From: Candidatus Woesearchaeota archaeon
GTDB taxonomy: Archaea; Nanobdellota; Nanobdellia; SCGC-AAA011-G17; GW2011-AR17
Reading direction: 5' to 3'
Assembly: GCA_964522895.1 (NCBI GenBank)
Contig: CAZFZD010000002.1
Location: 1 to 25,326 of the forward strand
Length of the DNA: 25,326 nt
The position numbers were made by a program, and so were the translations under genes. The notes under the pieces were generated by a model. The model was not told where the DNA came from. It did not search any database and saw only the letters and a list, made by a program, of their open reading frames with translations. Every line of letters begins with the position of its first letter. Position 1 is the stretch's first letter. Below are positions 8,695-16,865 of the stretch, piece after piece.

Positions 8695-9374
8695 GAAGTG
8701 CAAGCAAAAAAAACATGCTTATAGCTGCTGTGATAACATTCAGCATATTTATAATCGGACTTTTAGTGGGAGTCTCAATGAGCGCGGAACGGGCAGAATA
8801 CAGCAATGAACAGATGATAGAGCATAAGATGGAACTGGATAGCCTACAACTGCAGTATGCGTTTATCAATGAGGTTGAGATGGAAAACCACTGTGCGGCA
8901 CTTTCAACTGCTATTGAAGAAAACGTGAAAAAGCTCGGGATTCTTGGGAGCAAAATCCAAAAATATTCAAGCGACATGAACTTTGATGAAGAAGAATATA
9001 ACAGGCTTAAAAGAGAGTATGTGCTTTCAGAGATGAGGTTCTGGCTGTTCTCAAAAAAGGCACAAGAACTTTGCAAAGAAGACACAGCAAGAATAATCTA
9101 TTTCTATTCCAATGAAGAAGAATGTTTCAATTGCGATGCTCAAGCAAAAGTGCTCACTTACTTGAAAGAGCAATTGCAGGATAAACTGCTCATCTTCTCA
9201 ATTGACACTGCATTCAGGCAAGAGCCGCTGGTAGAAATGCTGCAAGAGACCCATAACATCACAGAGTATCCTTCAATACTTATCAACAACAAGCTTTATT
9301 CAGGGTTGCTTGACGAAGATGAATTAAGTCAGAGATTATGCGATATCTATAAAGAAAAACCTGCTATCTGTTAA
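8688..9374 (+). CDS. membrane-anchored thioredoxin-fold protein (CxxC)
   Basis: N-terminal TM (LIAAVITFSIFIIGLLVGV). The C-terminal region reads RIIYFYSNEEECFNCDAQAKVLTYLKEQL...LLIFSIDT...ITEYPSILINNKLYSG, which fits a beta-CxxC-alpha pattern with a cis-Pro-like YPS. The ATG overlaps the GT2 stop codon (ATGGTAA). Confidence 0.5.
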   Translation: MVRSASKKNMLIAAVITFSIFIIGLLVGVSMSAERAEYSNEQMIEHKMELDSLQLQYAFINEVEMENHCAALSTAIEENVKKLGILGSKIQKYSSDMNFDEEEYNRLKREYVLSEMRFWLFSKKAQELCKEDTARIIYFYSNEEECFNCDAQAKVLTYLKEQLQDKLLIFSIDTAFRQEPLVEMLQETHNITEYPSILINNKLYSGLLDEDELSQRLCDIYKEKPAIC

Positions 9375-10698
9375 ATACCCAATATTTGCATCCTGGCGTT
9401 TCAGCCCGGTAAGCGATATTGAATTCAGAGCTTAGCAGATTTATCAATTCCTGCTTCTTTTTTTCGCAGGCAGAGTCATCAGGCGGGCAAAGCATGCCGC
9501 CTTCGCAAGTGTCCAGGAATATGTAACTTATGTTTTCAGGGTTTTCCTGGATATAGTCTATCCAATGCTGCGCAAGTTCTGTGTCAAAGACCATATAATA
9601 CATTGGTATGACCTGCTTGGGAGAATATAAGTTTATTTTAGGGTGCATTGTCAAAATTTCGTGCTCAACTGATGAGACATTTTCAAGAAAAGAATGATAA
9701 TTGGCACTAGATTCGGATGGTTGATGGAGAGGCTGCAGGTTTGCAAAAAGGAATGCAATGCTAAGCACTAAAACTCCCCAGAAAATCCATGATTTCCTGA
9801 AAACTTTTTTCATGCCGATAGCTGCCAGAATTGCCATGTATGGCAGGAAGATTATTGCAAACCTTATCTCCTTGTGGACATGCTGACTGAAATACAGGAA
9901 GAACAATGAACCCAGCAACAAAACAAGCTTATGCTTCCTTTTGAACAGGATTACAAAGCCCAAGACTGCAAAGATGTAGAACGCATTCTGCTTTAGGAGT
10001 TCCACAATGTAAAAATACCATGGGCCTGAAAAGATCCATGTGCCTGCCCTCTTGACTATAGAGCTTGCCCAAAGCAAAGGGATTACAGGGTTTTTGTAAA
10101 GGAAATAATTCACGATAAAATACGGCAGTGTCACAAGCAGGAAGGTAGTTATCATCAAGGCCAGCTGCTTGTACTTTCTTATGAGCAATATGGAGAACAC
10201 AACAATCAATATGCCTTGCGGAAATTTTGTGAGAAATGCGATCCCTGAAAAAAGGCCTGCATGGATGTATCGCTTTTCCATAAAGAAGTATATTGCAAGG
10301 AGCGCGAAGAATACTGATGGAATCTCTGTGTAAAGCCTGAAAGTGAATGAGAAGAACACTGCTGAAAAGGCAAACAAGATTGCTGCAAACTTTCCAGAAC
10401 CTTTTTCAATCTTTTCAGATATTAAGTATAAGAAGTAGATGGAACCCAAGCTTAAGAGCATTGTGATTAGTTTTCCCACCCATATCATGCTATAGCCCAT
10501 TTTCCAGAAAACTCCTAATATCAGCGGCCAGACAAGAGGCCTTACTGGCTCCCAAAGGCCCATGTTGCCTAGTGAAAAAATATATTTAGCCATACCCAAG
10601 TAGACTGAAGCATCCCACCAGACAGCCTGCTGTTTAACCAAATAGATACACTGCAACACAAATGCTACAACCATTATAACAAATATTCTCAATCTCAT
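9364..10698 (-). CDS. GT-C fold glycosyltransferase, ArnT/PMT_2 (GT39/GT83)-like
   Basis: About 11 TM helices. The first-loop motif AVWWDASVYLGMAKYI resembles the DE/DA..Y...A motif of ArnT/PMT-like enzymes. There is a C-terminal soluble Cys-containing domain. The start overlaps the upstream gene's stop by 4 nt. Confidence 0.55.
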   Translation of the reverse strand: MRLRIFVIMVVAFVLQCIYLVKQQAVWWDASVYLGMAKYIFSLGNMGLWEPVRPLVWPLILGVFWKMGYSMIWVGKLITMLLSLGSIYFLYLISEKIEKGSGKFAAILFAFSAVFFSFTFRLYTEIPSVFFALLAIYFFMEKRYIHAGLFSGIAFLTKFPQGILIVVFSILLIRKYKQLALMITTFLLVTLPYFIVNYFLYKNPVIPLLWASSIVKRAGTWIFSGPWYFYIVELLKQNAFYIFAVLGFVILFKRKHKLVLLLGSLFFLYFSQHVHKEIRFAIIFLPYMAILAAIGMKKVFRKSWIFWGVLVLSIAFLFANLQPLHQPSESSANYHSFLENVSSVEHEILTMHPKINLYSPKQVIPMYYMVFDTELAQHWIDYIQENPENISYIFLDTCEGGMLCPPDDSACEKKKQELINLLSSEFNIAYRAETPGCKYWVFNR

Positions 10699-12188
10699 AG
10701 TATTATTGGGTTTATATCATCAAAACTCGTCTGGCTTTTGAATTCCCTTGCAAGCTTGTAGCCGTAAGGGTATGCCTCTGAATGAAACAGTATTGCCTTA
10801 TTAGTTATATCTTTTTCAAGCCATGCCTTTACTGCGTTATAATCGTCTGATGAAAATATCCTTACAGCAATTATGCTTGAATCCAATTTCTCTGCCTTTT
10901 CTATGACTCTTGACATCTGGCCAAATCCATCAACTCTTACAAAAGATGTATTAAGGGGGATGCCTGCCTCATCAAGCTGGTTGAAATATCTAGCTGGTGC
11001 GTCATAATACATAACACCAAATGTTTCAGGGTAAGCATCCATGACAACTACTGGCTCATGTTTTGTTATTTCTATGGGCCTGTTACCGAAAATTAATTTC
11101 TTATCTTTGATTTCGAAGGGAGCAGAACCCAAGATATTAAGATCTTGCCCCATAAGCCTAGGCAGGAAGCGGTCAGTATTGCATATGACTTTTATGCCTT
11201 TTTTTGCGATATATTCTGCTGCCTTTATCTTTCCGGGATGGTCGCAGCAGCCCATTACTGCAGAAGCGTTGCTGCTTATTGCCTGTTCCACTATCATGTT
11301 TATGCCGTGGGTGTCGATGACCATGGCTATGTCCTGCCTTAAGAACCTGGTTGTAGGGTACATTACCTTGTCTGCAGGAACCTCAAACATGAAGATGCCA
11401 TTCTCGTTAGGAGCATACCATTTGCCTTGGTACTTTTTCAAAATCGTGCCCGTGGCTACTTCGTGTTTCAGCCCAGACGCTTTCATCTCAATTATCCTTC
11501 CGCCCTCGTGCCATCCTATGTCAGGCAAAAGCTCGTCTTCAGGATAAGTCAGGCTTTCTGAAAAAGTGTTAAGAGTGTTCGTGCTATAAGGGCTTTGTAT
11601 CTGATAAGAAAGCCAATCCCTTGAAACCCTGTCTGCTTGCGATATCAAAACATCATTACTGTCCAATATGAATCCTGAGCTTCCTATTATAATGCTGGAA
11701 AAGTTTCCTGAAAAGAACTTGTTTTCATGCACCTGCCCAATCTCATAATCAAAATCGGGCTCTATTCCAAAACCCAAATCAAAATTGAGTTTGGACCTGA
11801 AATTGTTTCCGGTCTTGCGCCAGGCATCGGCTGCCCTTACGAAATAATACCTGCTGTCTTTAAGACTTGCCAAGGTTTCATAAAGCAATGCTTTCTTTTT
11901 CCAATCAGTGGTATACTCAATCTCGCGATAATAAAAGTCCTGGGCCAGGAAAAGCATGTCAGGATCGTTTTTGAGCCTGCCAAGCATCAGTGCTATGTCG
12001 CCCCTGGAAAACATGTCTGTAGTATTTTTCAGGCTTTTTTCAAGATGCGCCACATAATTGTCAACATCATAGCCTGAATCGCTCAAGACAGAAGTGAAAT
12101 TATAAGCTTCTGCATTAGTATCAAATTCAGTTGCTGAACATCCCAGCAAAAATAATGTAAAAAATATTGCAATAAACCACGTTTTCAT
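10695..12188 (-). CDS. secreted lipoprotein, unknown function
   Basis: Signal peptide with lipobox MKTWFIAIFFTLFLLGC|S. It is a 497-aa soluble protein with several N-x-S/T sequons. I recognised no family. It is translationally coupled (4-nt overlap) to the downstream GT-C gene. Confidence 0.5.
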   Translation of the reverse strand: MKTWFIAIFFTLFLLGCSATEFDTNAEAYNFTSVLSDSGYDVDNYVAHLEKSLKNTTDMFSRGDIALMLGRLKNDPDMLFLAQDFYYREIEYTTDWKKKALLYETLASLKDSRYYFVRAADAWRKTGNNFRSKLNFDLGFGIEPDFDYEIGQVHENKFFSGNFSSIIIGSSGFILDSNDVLISQADRVSRDWLSYQIQSPYSTNTLNTFSESLTYPEDELLPDIGWHEGGRIIEMKASGLKHEVATGTILKKYQGKWYAPNENGIFMFEVPADKVMYPTTRFLRQDIAMVIDTHGINMIVEQAISSNASAVMGCCDHPGKIKAAEYIAKKGIKVICNTDRFLPRLMGQDLNILGSAPFEIKDKKLIFGNRPIEITKHEPVVVMDAYPETFGVMYYDAPARYFNQLDEAGIPLNTSFVRVDGFGQMSRVIEKAEKLDSSIIAVRIFSSDDYNAVKAWLEKDITNKAILFHSEAYPYGYKLAREFKSQTSFDDINPIIL

Positions 12189-12225
12189 GTAATCTTAGAA
12201 AGAATGTAAATTAAAAAAGGTTTTG

Positions 12226-12609
12226 TTACTCAACCAAAAGCACTGCGTTTACACTGCCTTCTTGGCCCGGTCTTGAAGTTACTTTTGCCTTGCCAGCTTC
12301 AGTCTCAATAACTGCGCCCTTTGTAAGGATGTTTCTCCTGATAAAATGCCTGTTGGCAGAATTGTCCACTATGGCCTTAATCTTTACCTTCTTGTATTTC
12401 TTGTCCTTTGGATTATAAAGATTTACAATGTCAGCAGTCAACAACAGCTGTTTCTTATGTCCTCCTCGGGTCCTTAGTTCAGATTTCTTGGTCTCTCCCA
12501 ATTTGGTCATTGTGGGAAGCCTTCTTTTTTCGTATGCCCTTTTCTTTCTGTAATCGACATACCTGCTTCCTGATACTTTTCTTCTTGGTCTAGATTTAGT
12601 TAATGCCAT
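12226..12609 (-). CDS. rps8e: 30S ribosomal protein S8e
   Basis: SRPRRKVSGSRYVDYRKKRAYEKRRLPTMTKLGETKKSELRTRGGHKK...NSANRHFIRRNILTKGAVIETEAGKAKVTSRPGQEGSVNAVLL is a typical S8e. Length is 127 aa. Confidence 0.92.
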   Translation of the reverse strand: MALTKSRPRRKVSGSRYVDYRKKRAYEKRRLPTMTKLGETKKSELRTRGGHKKQLLLTADIVNLYNPKDKKYKKVKIKAIVDNSANRHFIRRNILTKGAVIETEAGKAKVTSRPGQEGSVNAVLLVE

Positions 12610-12632
12610 AAAAATTATTGAAATATGAGTCC

Positions 12633-12640
12633 TTTAAATA
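12633..12640 (-). promoter_or_regulatory. TATA-box-like element for rps8e
   Basis: TTTAAATA lies 24 nt upstream of the rps8e ATG (12609), with no SD site. Confidence 0.4.
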
Positions 12641-12650
12641 GTTTGTGTTT

Positions 12651-12986
12651 TTACTTCTCTGGCCTGTATTCCTTAATCCACTTGGTAAGCGTTTCTAGCG
12701 GCACTTTTTCGCCATTATTGTACCTTGGAAGCCTGCCATGCATTTGCATAACACCCTTGTCTTTTAAAAGGTCAACTGCGAACTCGTCGCCTTCCTCGGC
12801 AGTTACTATGCCATCTTGATTCTTATCCGCATACTTGAATATGGCCTTGTCCCATGCCTCATTATATTCTATCTCTATTATTGTGGGCCTTATGAATAAA
12901 TAAAATGCTCCTGCTGAGATACCTGCAGCTATTGCGCCTACGAATGCTCCCTTGCATACCTTTAATAGAATATTTTCTATTGTCAT
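12651..12986 (-). CDS. small membrane-anchored protein with a canonical EF-hand Ca-binding loop
   Basis: Start set at ATG 12986 (MTIENILLKV...). It has a Gly/Ala-rich TM (GAFVGAIAAGISAGAFYLFI) and then the loop DKNQDGIVTAEE. That loop has D1, N3, D5, G6, V8 and E12, as in canonical EF-hand loops. Confidence 0.5.
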   Translation of the reverse strand: MTIENILLKVCKGAFVGAIAAGISAGAFYLFIRPTIIEIEYNEAWDKAIFKYADKNQDGIVTAEEGDEFAVDLLKDKGVMQMHGRLPRYNNGEKVPLETLTKWIKEYRPEK

Positions 12987-13048
12987 AAAAAGTCCCTTGC
13001 TTATTTCATTTATATATTTTTGGAAATGAAGAATCCTGAAACACAAAA

Positions 13049-13056
13049 TTTATAAT
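13049..13056 (+). promoter_or_regulatory. TATA-box-like element for the cysteine desulfurase gene
   Basis: TTTATAAT ends 23 nt before the ATG at 13079. Confidence 0.4.
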
Positions 13057-13078
13057 AAGCTTGGTATTCTTTTGAGCC

Positions 13079-14233
13079 ATGAGATTCAAAGAAGTTTATC
13101 TGGACAATGGAGCCACTACCAAAATAGACCCTAAAGCGCTTGAAGCCATGAGGCCATATTTTGAAAAGTATTACGGCAATCCGTCTTCCATACACACTTT
13201 TGGAGAAAAGGCCGGCGAAGGGCTAGAGAAGGCGAGAAAGATAATCGCAAAATCAATCAATGCAAAACCTGAAGAGATATATTTCACTTCAGGAGGCACT
13301 GAATCGAACAATCTGGCCCTGAAAGGCATTGCATTCGCAAACAAGGATAAGAATCACATCATTACAACAAAAGTTGAGCACAAGTCTGTCATCAACACCT
13401 GCAAGTGGCTGGAGAAGCAGGGCTTTAAGGTTAGCTATCTGAGCGTGGACAAGGAAGGGTTTGTTGATCCTGAAGAGCTCAAATCTGCAATCACCCCAGA
13501 AACTTTGATGTTCAGCGTAATCCACGGCAACAACGAAATAGGTACAATAAATAATTTGGAAGCATTAGGCAAGCTGTGCAAAGAAGCAGGCATAGAGTTC
13601 CATACTGATGCTTGCCAAAGCTATACGAAAACTGAGATAGATGTTGAAAAGCAAAATCTCAGCATGGTCACGTTAAACTCGCATAAGATTCATGGGCCTA
13701 AAGGCGTTGGCGCATTATACATAAGAAAGGGACTAAAGCTTGAGCCTTGGCAGCACGGCGGCAACCATGAAAAAGGCATGAGATCTGGAACAGAAAACGT
13801 GCACGGCATTGTGGGGTTTGCAGAAGCTGTGAAGCTTGGCATGAACAAGAAGCACGTGAAAACGATGGCTGAACTCAGGGACAGGCTTATTGAAGGCGTA
13901 TTAAAGATTCCTGATACAAAGCTCAACGGGCCCAATGGGGAAAAAAGATTGTGCAACAATGCAAATTTCTCCTTTTTAGCAATCGAAGGCGAGGCAATTG
14001 GAGGCTACCTAAATCAGAAGATGGTGGCAAGCTCTACAGGCTCTGCTTGTTCTGCAAAGACGCTGCAGCCAAGCTATGTGCTAAAGGCGATTGGACTTAC
14101 AGATGAGGAAGCCAATGGCAGCCTGAGGCTTACATTGAGCAGGTTCACAACAGAAGAAGAAATTGATTATGTTGTAAAGGTCCTGCCCAAGATAGTAAGC
14201 AAGCTAAGAAGATTCTCGCCCTTGACAAGTTAG
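13079..14233 (+). CDS. iscS: cysteine desulfurase (NifS/IscS family, PLP-dependent)
   Basis: YLDNGATT, FTSGGTESNN, PLP-lysine block LNSHKIHGPKGVGALY, MRSGTENV and active-site SSTGSACS. Length is 384 aa. Confidence 0.9.
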   Translation: MRFKEVYLDNGATTKIDPKALEAMRPYFEKYYGNPSSIHTFGEKAGEGLEKARKIIAKSINAKPEEIYFTSGGTESNNLALKGIAFANKDKNHIITTKVEHKSVINTCKWLEKQGFKVSYLSVDKEGFVDPEELKSAITPETLMFSVIHGNNEIGTINNLEALGKLCKEAGIEFHTDACQSYTKTEIDVEKQNLSMVTLNSHKIHGPKGVGALYIRKGLKLEPWQHGGNHEKGMRSGTENVHGIVGFAEAVKLGMNKKHVKTMAELRDRLIEGVLKIPDTKLNGPNGEKRLCNNANFSFLAIEGEAIGGYLNQKMVASSTGSACSAKTLQPSYVLKAIGLTDEEANGSLRLTLSRFTTEEEIDYVVKVLPKIVSKLRRFSPLTS

Positions 14234-15063
14234 AATATTTTTTTCAATACTTTAATTCTTGCATCATAATCCAATGAGAACCTGAAGATATTCCAAAAAA
14301 CCTTTTGCAACCAAGCAATCCATTCCTCATCATAGACATCATAATAAATCCTTTTGCTCTTTTCCATCTCATAAGATTTAAAATTTTTCTCTTCTACCTT
14401 AAACTGTGCAAAGCTATCATCTATTATGGCTCCTCTTAAGGGCTGATAACAATGCCTTATTTCAATAAGGTTGGGATATTTTTTGATTAATGGCAAAAGT
14501 TGATTGATATTCCTTATGGAAGAAAAAGTTATTCTCGATAAGATTTTAAGAGAGACCTTCCTTTGGAGAAGTTCTTCCATAACAGATAAAACTTTTTTAC
14601 CATTCTCTTCAATATTAGTAAAGGATAAATTGCCTGAGAAAAAAAGGATTTGGTTTTTTGCCTTCTTCATATTTGAAATCAAATTTTGATTATGCGGCAA
14701 TTCATCTTCATGATAATCTTCCACAGAGGCCTTTTTCTTCTCTTCAGGAATAAACTGGTAAATCTCCATGAAATCAAAATCTTCTTTTCTCCTTCCCAAT
14801 TTGATTTGCTCATAAAAATTCTCTTTCAAATCATCAGTGTGCATCGATTCTGCATGATTGTAGAATACAATCTTCAAGGCTCCTTGAGTCCCTTTTCTGA
14901 AAGTCTTTATGTCTAAGCGGCCGGTTTGGCTTTTTATCTGCTTTACATAAGAGTCTGCCGTGAGCCAGCTTTTCTTTATGAGCTTAGAAATTTCCTGTAC
15001 TGTCTTAGGCTCAGCTTTTACAAAATTGATTATTTTCTTGATATCCTGTTCTCTCAGCACCAT
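14230..15063 (-). CDS. hypothetical protein, possible winged-HTH regulator with a degenerate PLD-like C-terminal domain (TrmB-like architecture)
   Basis: The N-terminus KTVQEISKLIKKSWLTADSYVKQI...ALKIVFYN looks like a wHTH. The C-terminus ILFFSGNLS...IEIRHCYQPLRGAIIDD resembles degenerate HKD/PLD-like repeats. The gene is divergent from the radical SAM operon. The call is weak. Confidence 0.3.
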   Translation of the reverse strand: MVLREQDIKKIINFVKAEPKTVQEISKLIKKSWLTADSYVKQIKSQTGRLDIKTFRKGTQGALKIVFYNHAESMHTDDLKENFYEQIKLGRRKEDFDFMEIYQFIPEEKKKASVEDYHEDELPHNQNLISNMKKAKNQILFFSGNLSFTNIEENGKKVLSVMEELLQRKVSLKILSRITFSSIRNINQLLPLIKKYPNLIEIRHCYQPLRGAIIDDSFAQFKVEEKNFKSYEMEKSKRIYYDVYDEEWIAWLQKVFWNIFRFSLDYDARIKVLKKIF

Positions 15064-15086
15064 TTTATATAAGGAAACATAAGGAG

Positions 15087-15094
15087 TTTAAATA
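15087..15094 (-). promoter_or_regulatory. TATA-box-like element for the 14230..15063 gene
   Basis: TTTAAATA lies 24 nt upstream of the ATG at 15063. Confidence 0.35.
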
Positions 15095-15171
15095 ATTTAT
15101 TAAACAATGTTATAAAAAAATTGAACTTAAGCTTATATCTAATTAAACACTATACTGTATTGGGTGATATC

Positions 15172-15462
15172 ATGATTAGAGGGATAGGCATTGACGGCGT
15201 CGTATCTGAAATAGGATGCTTGACAAAGAGTGATAGATTTATTGCTAAAAGGGAAGAATTGACAAAAAGCCTGATGCGCAGGTATAAGGCTGAAGACCTT
15301 GAAGCTGAAAGAGCCATAAATCATGCGATAGATTGTGGAGCCATATACCAAGAAGGCAGCAATATATGCCTAAGCATGGAAACAAACGAAAACTTGTTAG
15401 AAAAGATTTGCCCTTTCTGCGGTAAGGCCTTGAATTACAAGAAAGAAGATTATAACGAATAA
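15172..15462 (+). CDS. small (96 aa) Cys-containing protein, first gene of the radical SAM operon; function unknown
   Basis: I prefer ATG 15172 (MIRGIGIDGV...) over the TTG at 15121 because the SD-like GGTGAT at 15163..15168 precedes it. It has five Cys, including a C-terminal CPFC. Its stop is 3 nt before the radical SAM start. Confidence 0.45.
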   Translation: MIRGIGIDGVVSEIGCLTKSDRFIAKREELTKSLMRRYKAEDLEAERAINHAIDCGAIYQEGSNICLSMETNENLLEKICPFCGKALNYKKEDYNE

Positions 15463-15465
15463 AAA

Positions 15466-16737
15466 ATGATTTCAAACATAGTAAAGATAGAAAAAGAAAA
15501 GGACTGTTATGTGCTTTTCAACAAGAGAGGCATGGTGCTTGAACTAAGCCCTGAAGAATACAGCACCTTCAAGAAATACGGAAAGCAGAAAAATTTTCCT
15601 AAGAGGCATAGGGAATTTTTCAACAAACTGTGCAATTATGAAATGACTGACTTCCAGGATTATCAAGCTAAAGATGCAAAGAAAGACTATTCAAAAAGGC
15701 TGCTCCATCATGATTCTGCTGATCCAGTTTTTAAGGCTCCAATCATAGCACACTTGGGCATAACGCAAAGATGCAACATGCGCTGCAGATACTGTTCTGT
15801 CAGGGAACCTTACGAGAGTATGAAGGAACTTTCAACAGAGGAATGGAAAAAAATAATCAAAAATATTGCCGAGCTTGGAGTTTTTCAGATAGGCTTCACA
15901 GGAGGAGAACCAACATTAAGAGAGGATTTGATTGAACTTGCAGAATATGTCAACAGCTTAAACTGTACTTTTAATCTGACAACGAACTGCTGGCACCTCA
16001 GTGAAGAAATGATTGCCAAGCTAAAGAAAGCAGGCATGAGGCAATGCCAGGTATCATTAGACAGCCATTTGCCTGAAGTTAACGACAAACTCAGAACCGA
16101 AGGCAGTTGCAAAAAGGTGCAAAAAGCCATAAGGCTGCTTAGGAAACATAATATAACTGTGGGCATAGACTGCGTTGTTTCAAACAATAACATAAGGCAT
16201 ATAGAAAGCTTTGTGGAATGGCTGGGAAAAGAAAATGTGCCCTTTCTTACACTGATAAAAATCAAGCAGGGAGATTTGGCTCTAAGCTTATTCAAGGAAC
16301 TGCTGCCTCCTTATGAAAAATACAGCAGGCTTATTGAAAAGCTTTGCAGCAGGGAAAATAAAAATCCAAACATAACAATAGACTGCGGTTCAGTGAGCAA
16401 CCTGCAATATTCATTGAAAGAGGAAGATTTGCATAAGATACCTGTTGCAGGCTGTCCAGCAGGGCATACATTATTGTCCATCTCTCCAAACGGAGACATG
16501 TATCCGTGCGTGGCCCTAGGGCAGGATGAATTCAAGATAGGCAATGCGCTGAAAGATGATCTGAAAAAGCTGTGGCAAAAAAGCAAAGTCCTTAGAGAAC
16601 TTAGGCAGGTTAAATCAAAAGTAAGCGGAAAATGCAGGGATTGCGACAGGCTGGACTACTGCAGGGGCGGATGCAGAGGGATAGCATACTCGCTTTACCA
16701 TAATCTGTGGGAAGCAGATAAAACATGTAGGAGGTGA
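15466..16737 (+). CDS. radical SAM enzyme with a C-terminal SPASM domain and a ~95-aa N-terminal extension (possible RiPP recognition element)
   Basis: CX3CX2C at C103/C107/C110 (GITQRCNMRCRYCSV) and GGEPTL. The SPASM signature is CPAGHTLLSISPNGDMYPC (Cx12Gx4C) plus CRDCDRLDYCRGGC (Cx2Cx5Cx3C). The N-terminal CYVLFNKRGMVLELSPEEYSTFKKY resembles PqqD-like RRE strands and helix. Confidence 0.85.
   Translation: MISNIVKIEKEKDCYVLFNKRGMVLELSPEEYSTFKKYGKQKNFPKRHREFFNKLCNYEMTDFQDYQAKDAKKDYSKRLLHHDSADPVFKAPIIAHLGITQRCNMRCRYCSVREPYESMKELSTEEWKKIIKNIAELGVFQIGFTGGEPTLREDLIELAEYVNSLNCTFNLTTNCWHLSEEMIAKLKKAGMRQCQVSLDSHLPEVNDKLRTEGSCKKVQKAIRLLRKHNITVGIDCVVSNNNIRHIESFVEWLGKENVPFLTLIKIKQGDLALSLFKELLPPYEKYSRLIEKLCSRENKNPNITIDCGSVSNLQYSLKEEDLHKIPVAGCPAGHTLLSISPNGDMYPCVALGQDEFKIGNALKDDLKKLWQKSKVLRELRQVKSKVSGKCRDCDRLDYCRGGCRGIAYSLYHNLWEADKTCRR
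16729..16737 (+). promoter_or_regulatory. Shine-Dalgarno site for the 21-codon ORF
   Basis: AGGAGGTGA forms the last two codons plus the stop of the upstream radical SAM gene. It is followed by a 4-nt spacer and the ATG at 16742. It is complementary to the conserved archaeal/bacterial 16S 3' end (CCUCC core). Confidence 0.6.
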
Positions 16738-16741
16738 AACT

Positions 16742-16807
16742 ATGGAAATAAGAGCTGACGTCTTTATGAGCGGGCATTATGCTTATTTTTGCGAGCTGCC
16801 TTGCTAA
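16742..16807 (+). CDS. 21-aa candidate precursor peptide MEIRADVFMSGHYAYFCELPC
   Basis: Read by hand: ATG GAA ATA AGA GCT GAC GTC TTT ATG AGC GGG CAT TAT GCT TAT TTT TGC GAG CTG CCT TGC TAA. It is not in the ORF track because it is too short. It has a strong SD site, sits between two radical SAM/SPASM genes, and has an aromatic/Cys-rich C-terminal half. Confidence 0.5.
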   Translation: MEIRADVFMSGHYAYFCELPC

Positions 16808-16821
16808 ATATATGGATAAGC

Positions 16822-16849
16822 AGAATTAAAAAAATTCTTTTTTTATTTT
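16822..16849 (+). terminator. hairpin plus T-tract, possible attenuator or partial terminator after the peptide ORF
   Basis: AGAATT (16822..16827) pairs with AATTCT (16833..16838) across a 5-nt A loop. The following TTTTTTTATTTT tract resembles the oligo-T signals at which archaeal RNA polymerase terminates. Confidence 0.3.
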
Positions 16850-16865
16850 AACCAAGGGAGGAAAA

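Noticed and set aside
8672-9085. 137-aa minus-strand ORF
   Set aside because: It is antisense to the thioredoxin-like gene, its sequence is Ser-rich and low-complexity, and it would break the tight plus-strand operon.
11041-11547. 168-aa plus-strand ORF (and the nested 11145..11342 and 11727..12077 ORFs)
   Set aside because: These are antisense to the 497-aa lipoprotein gene, which has a clean signal peptide and lipobox and is translationally coupled to its neighbour. The antisense products show no motifs.
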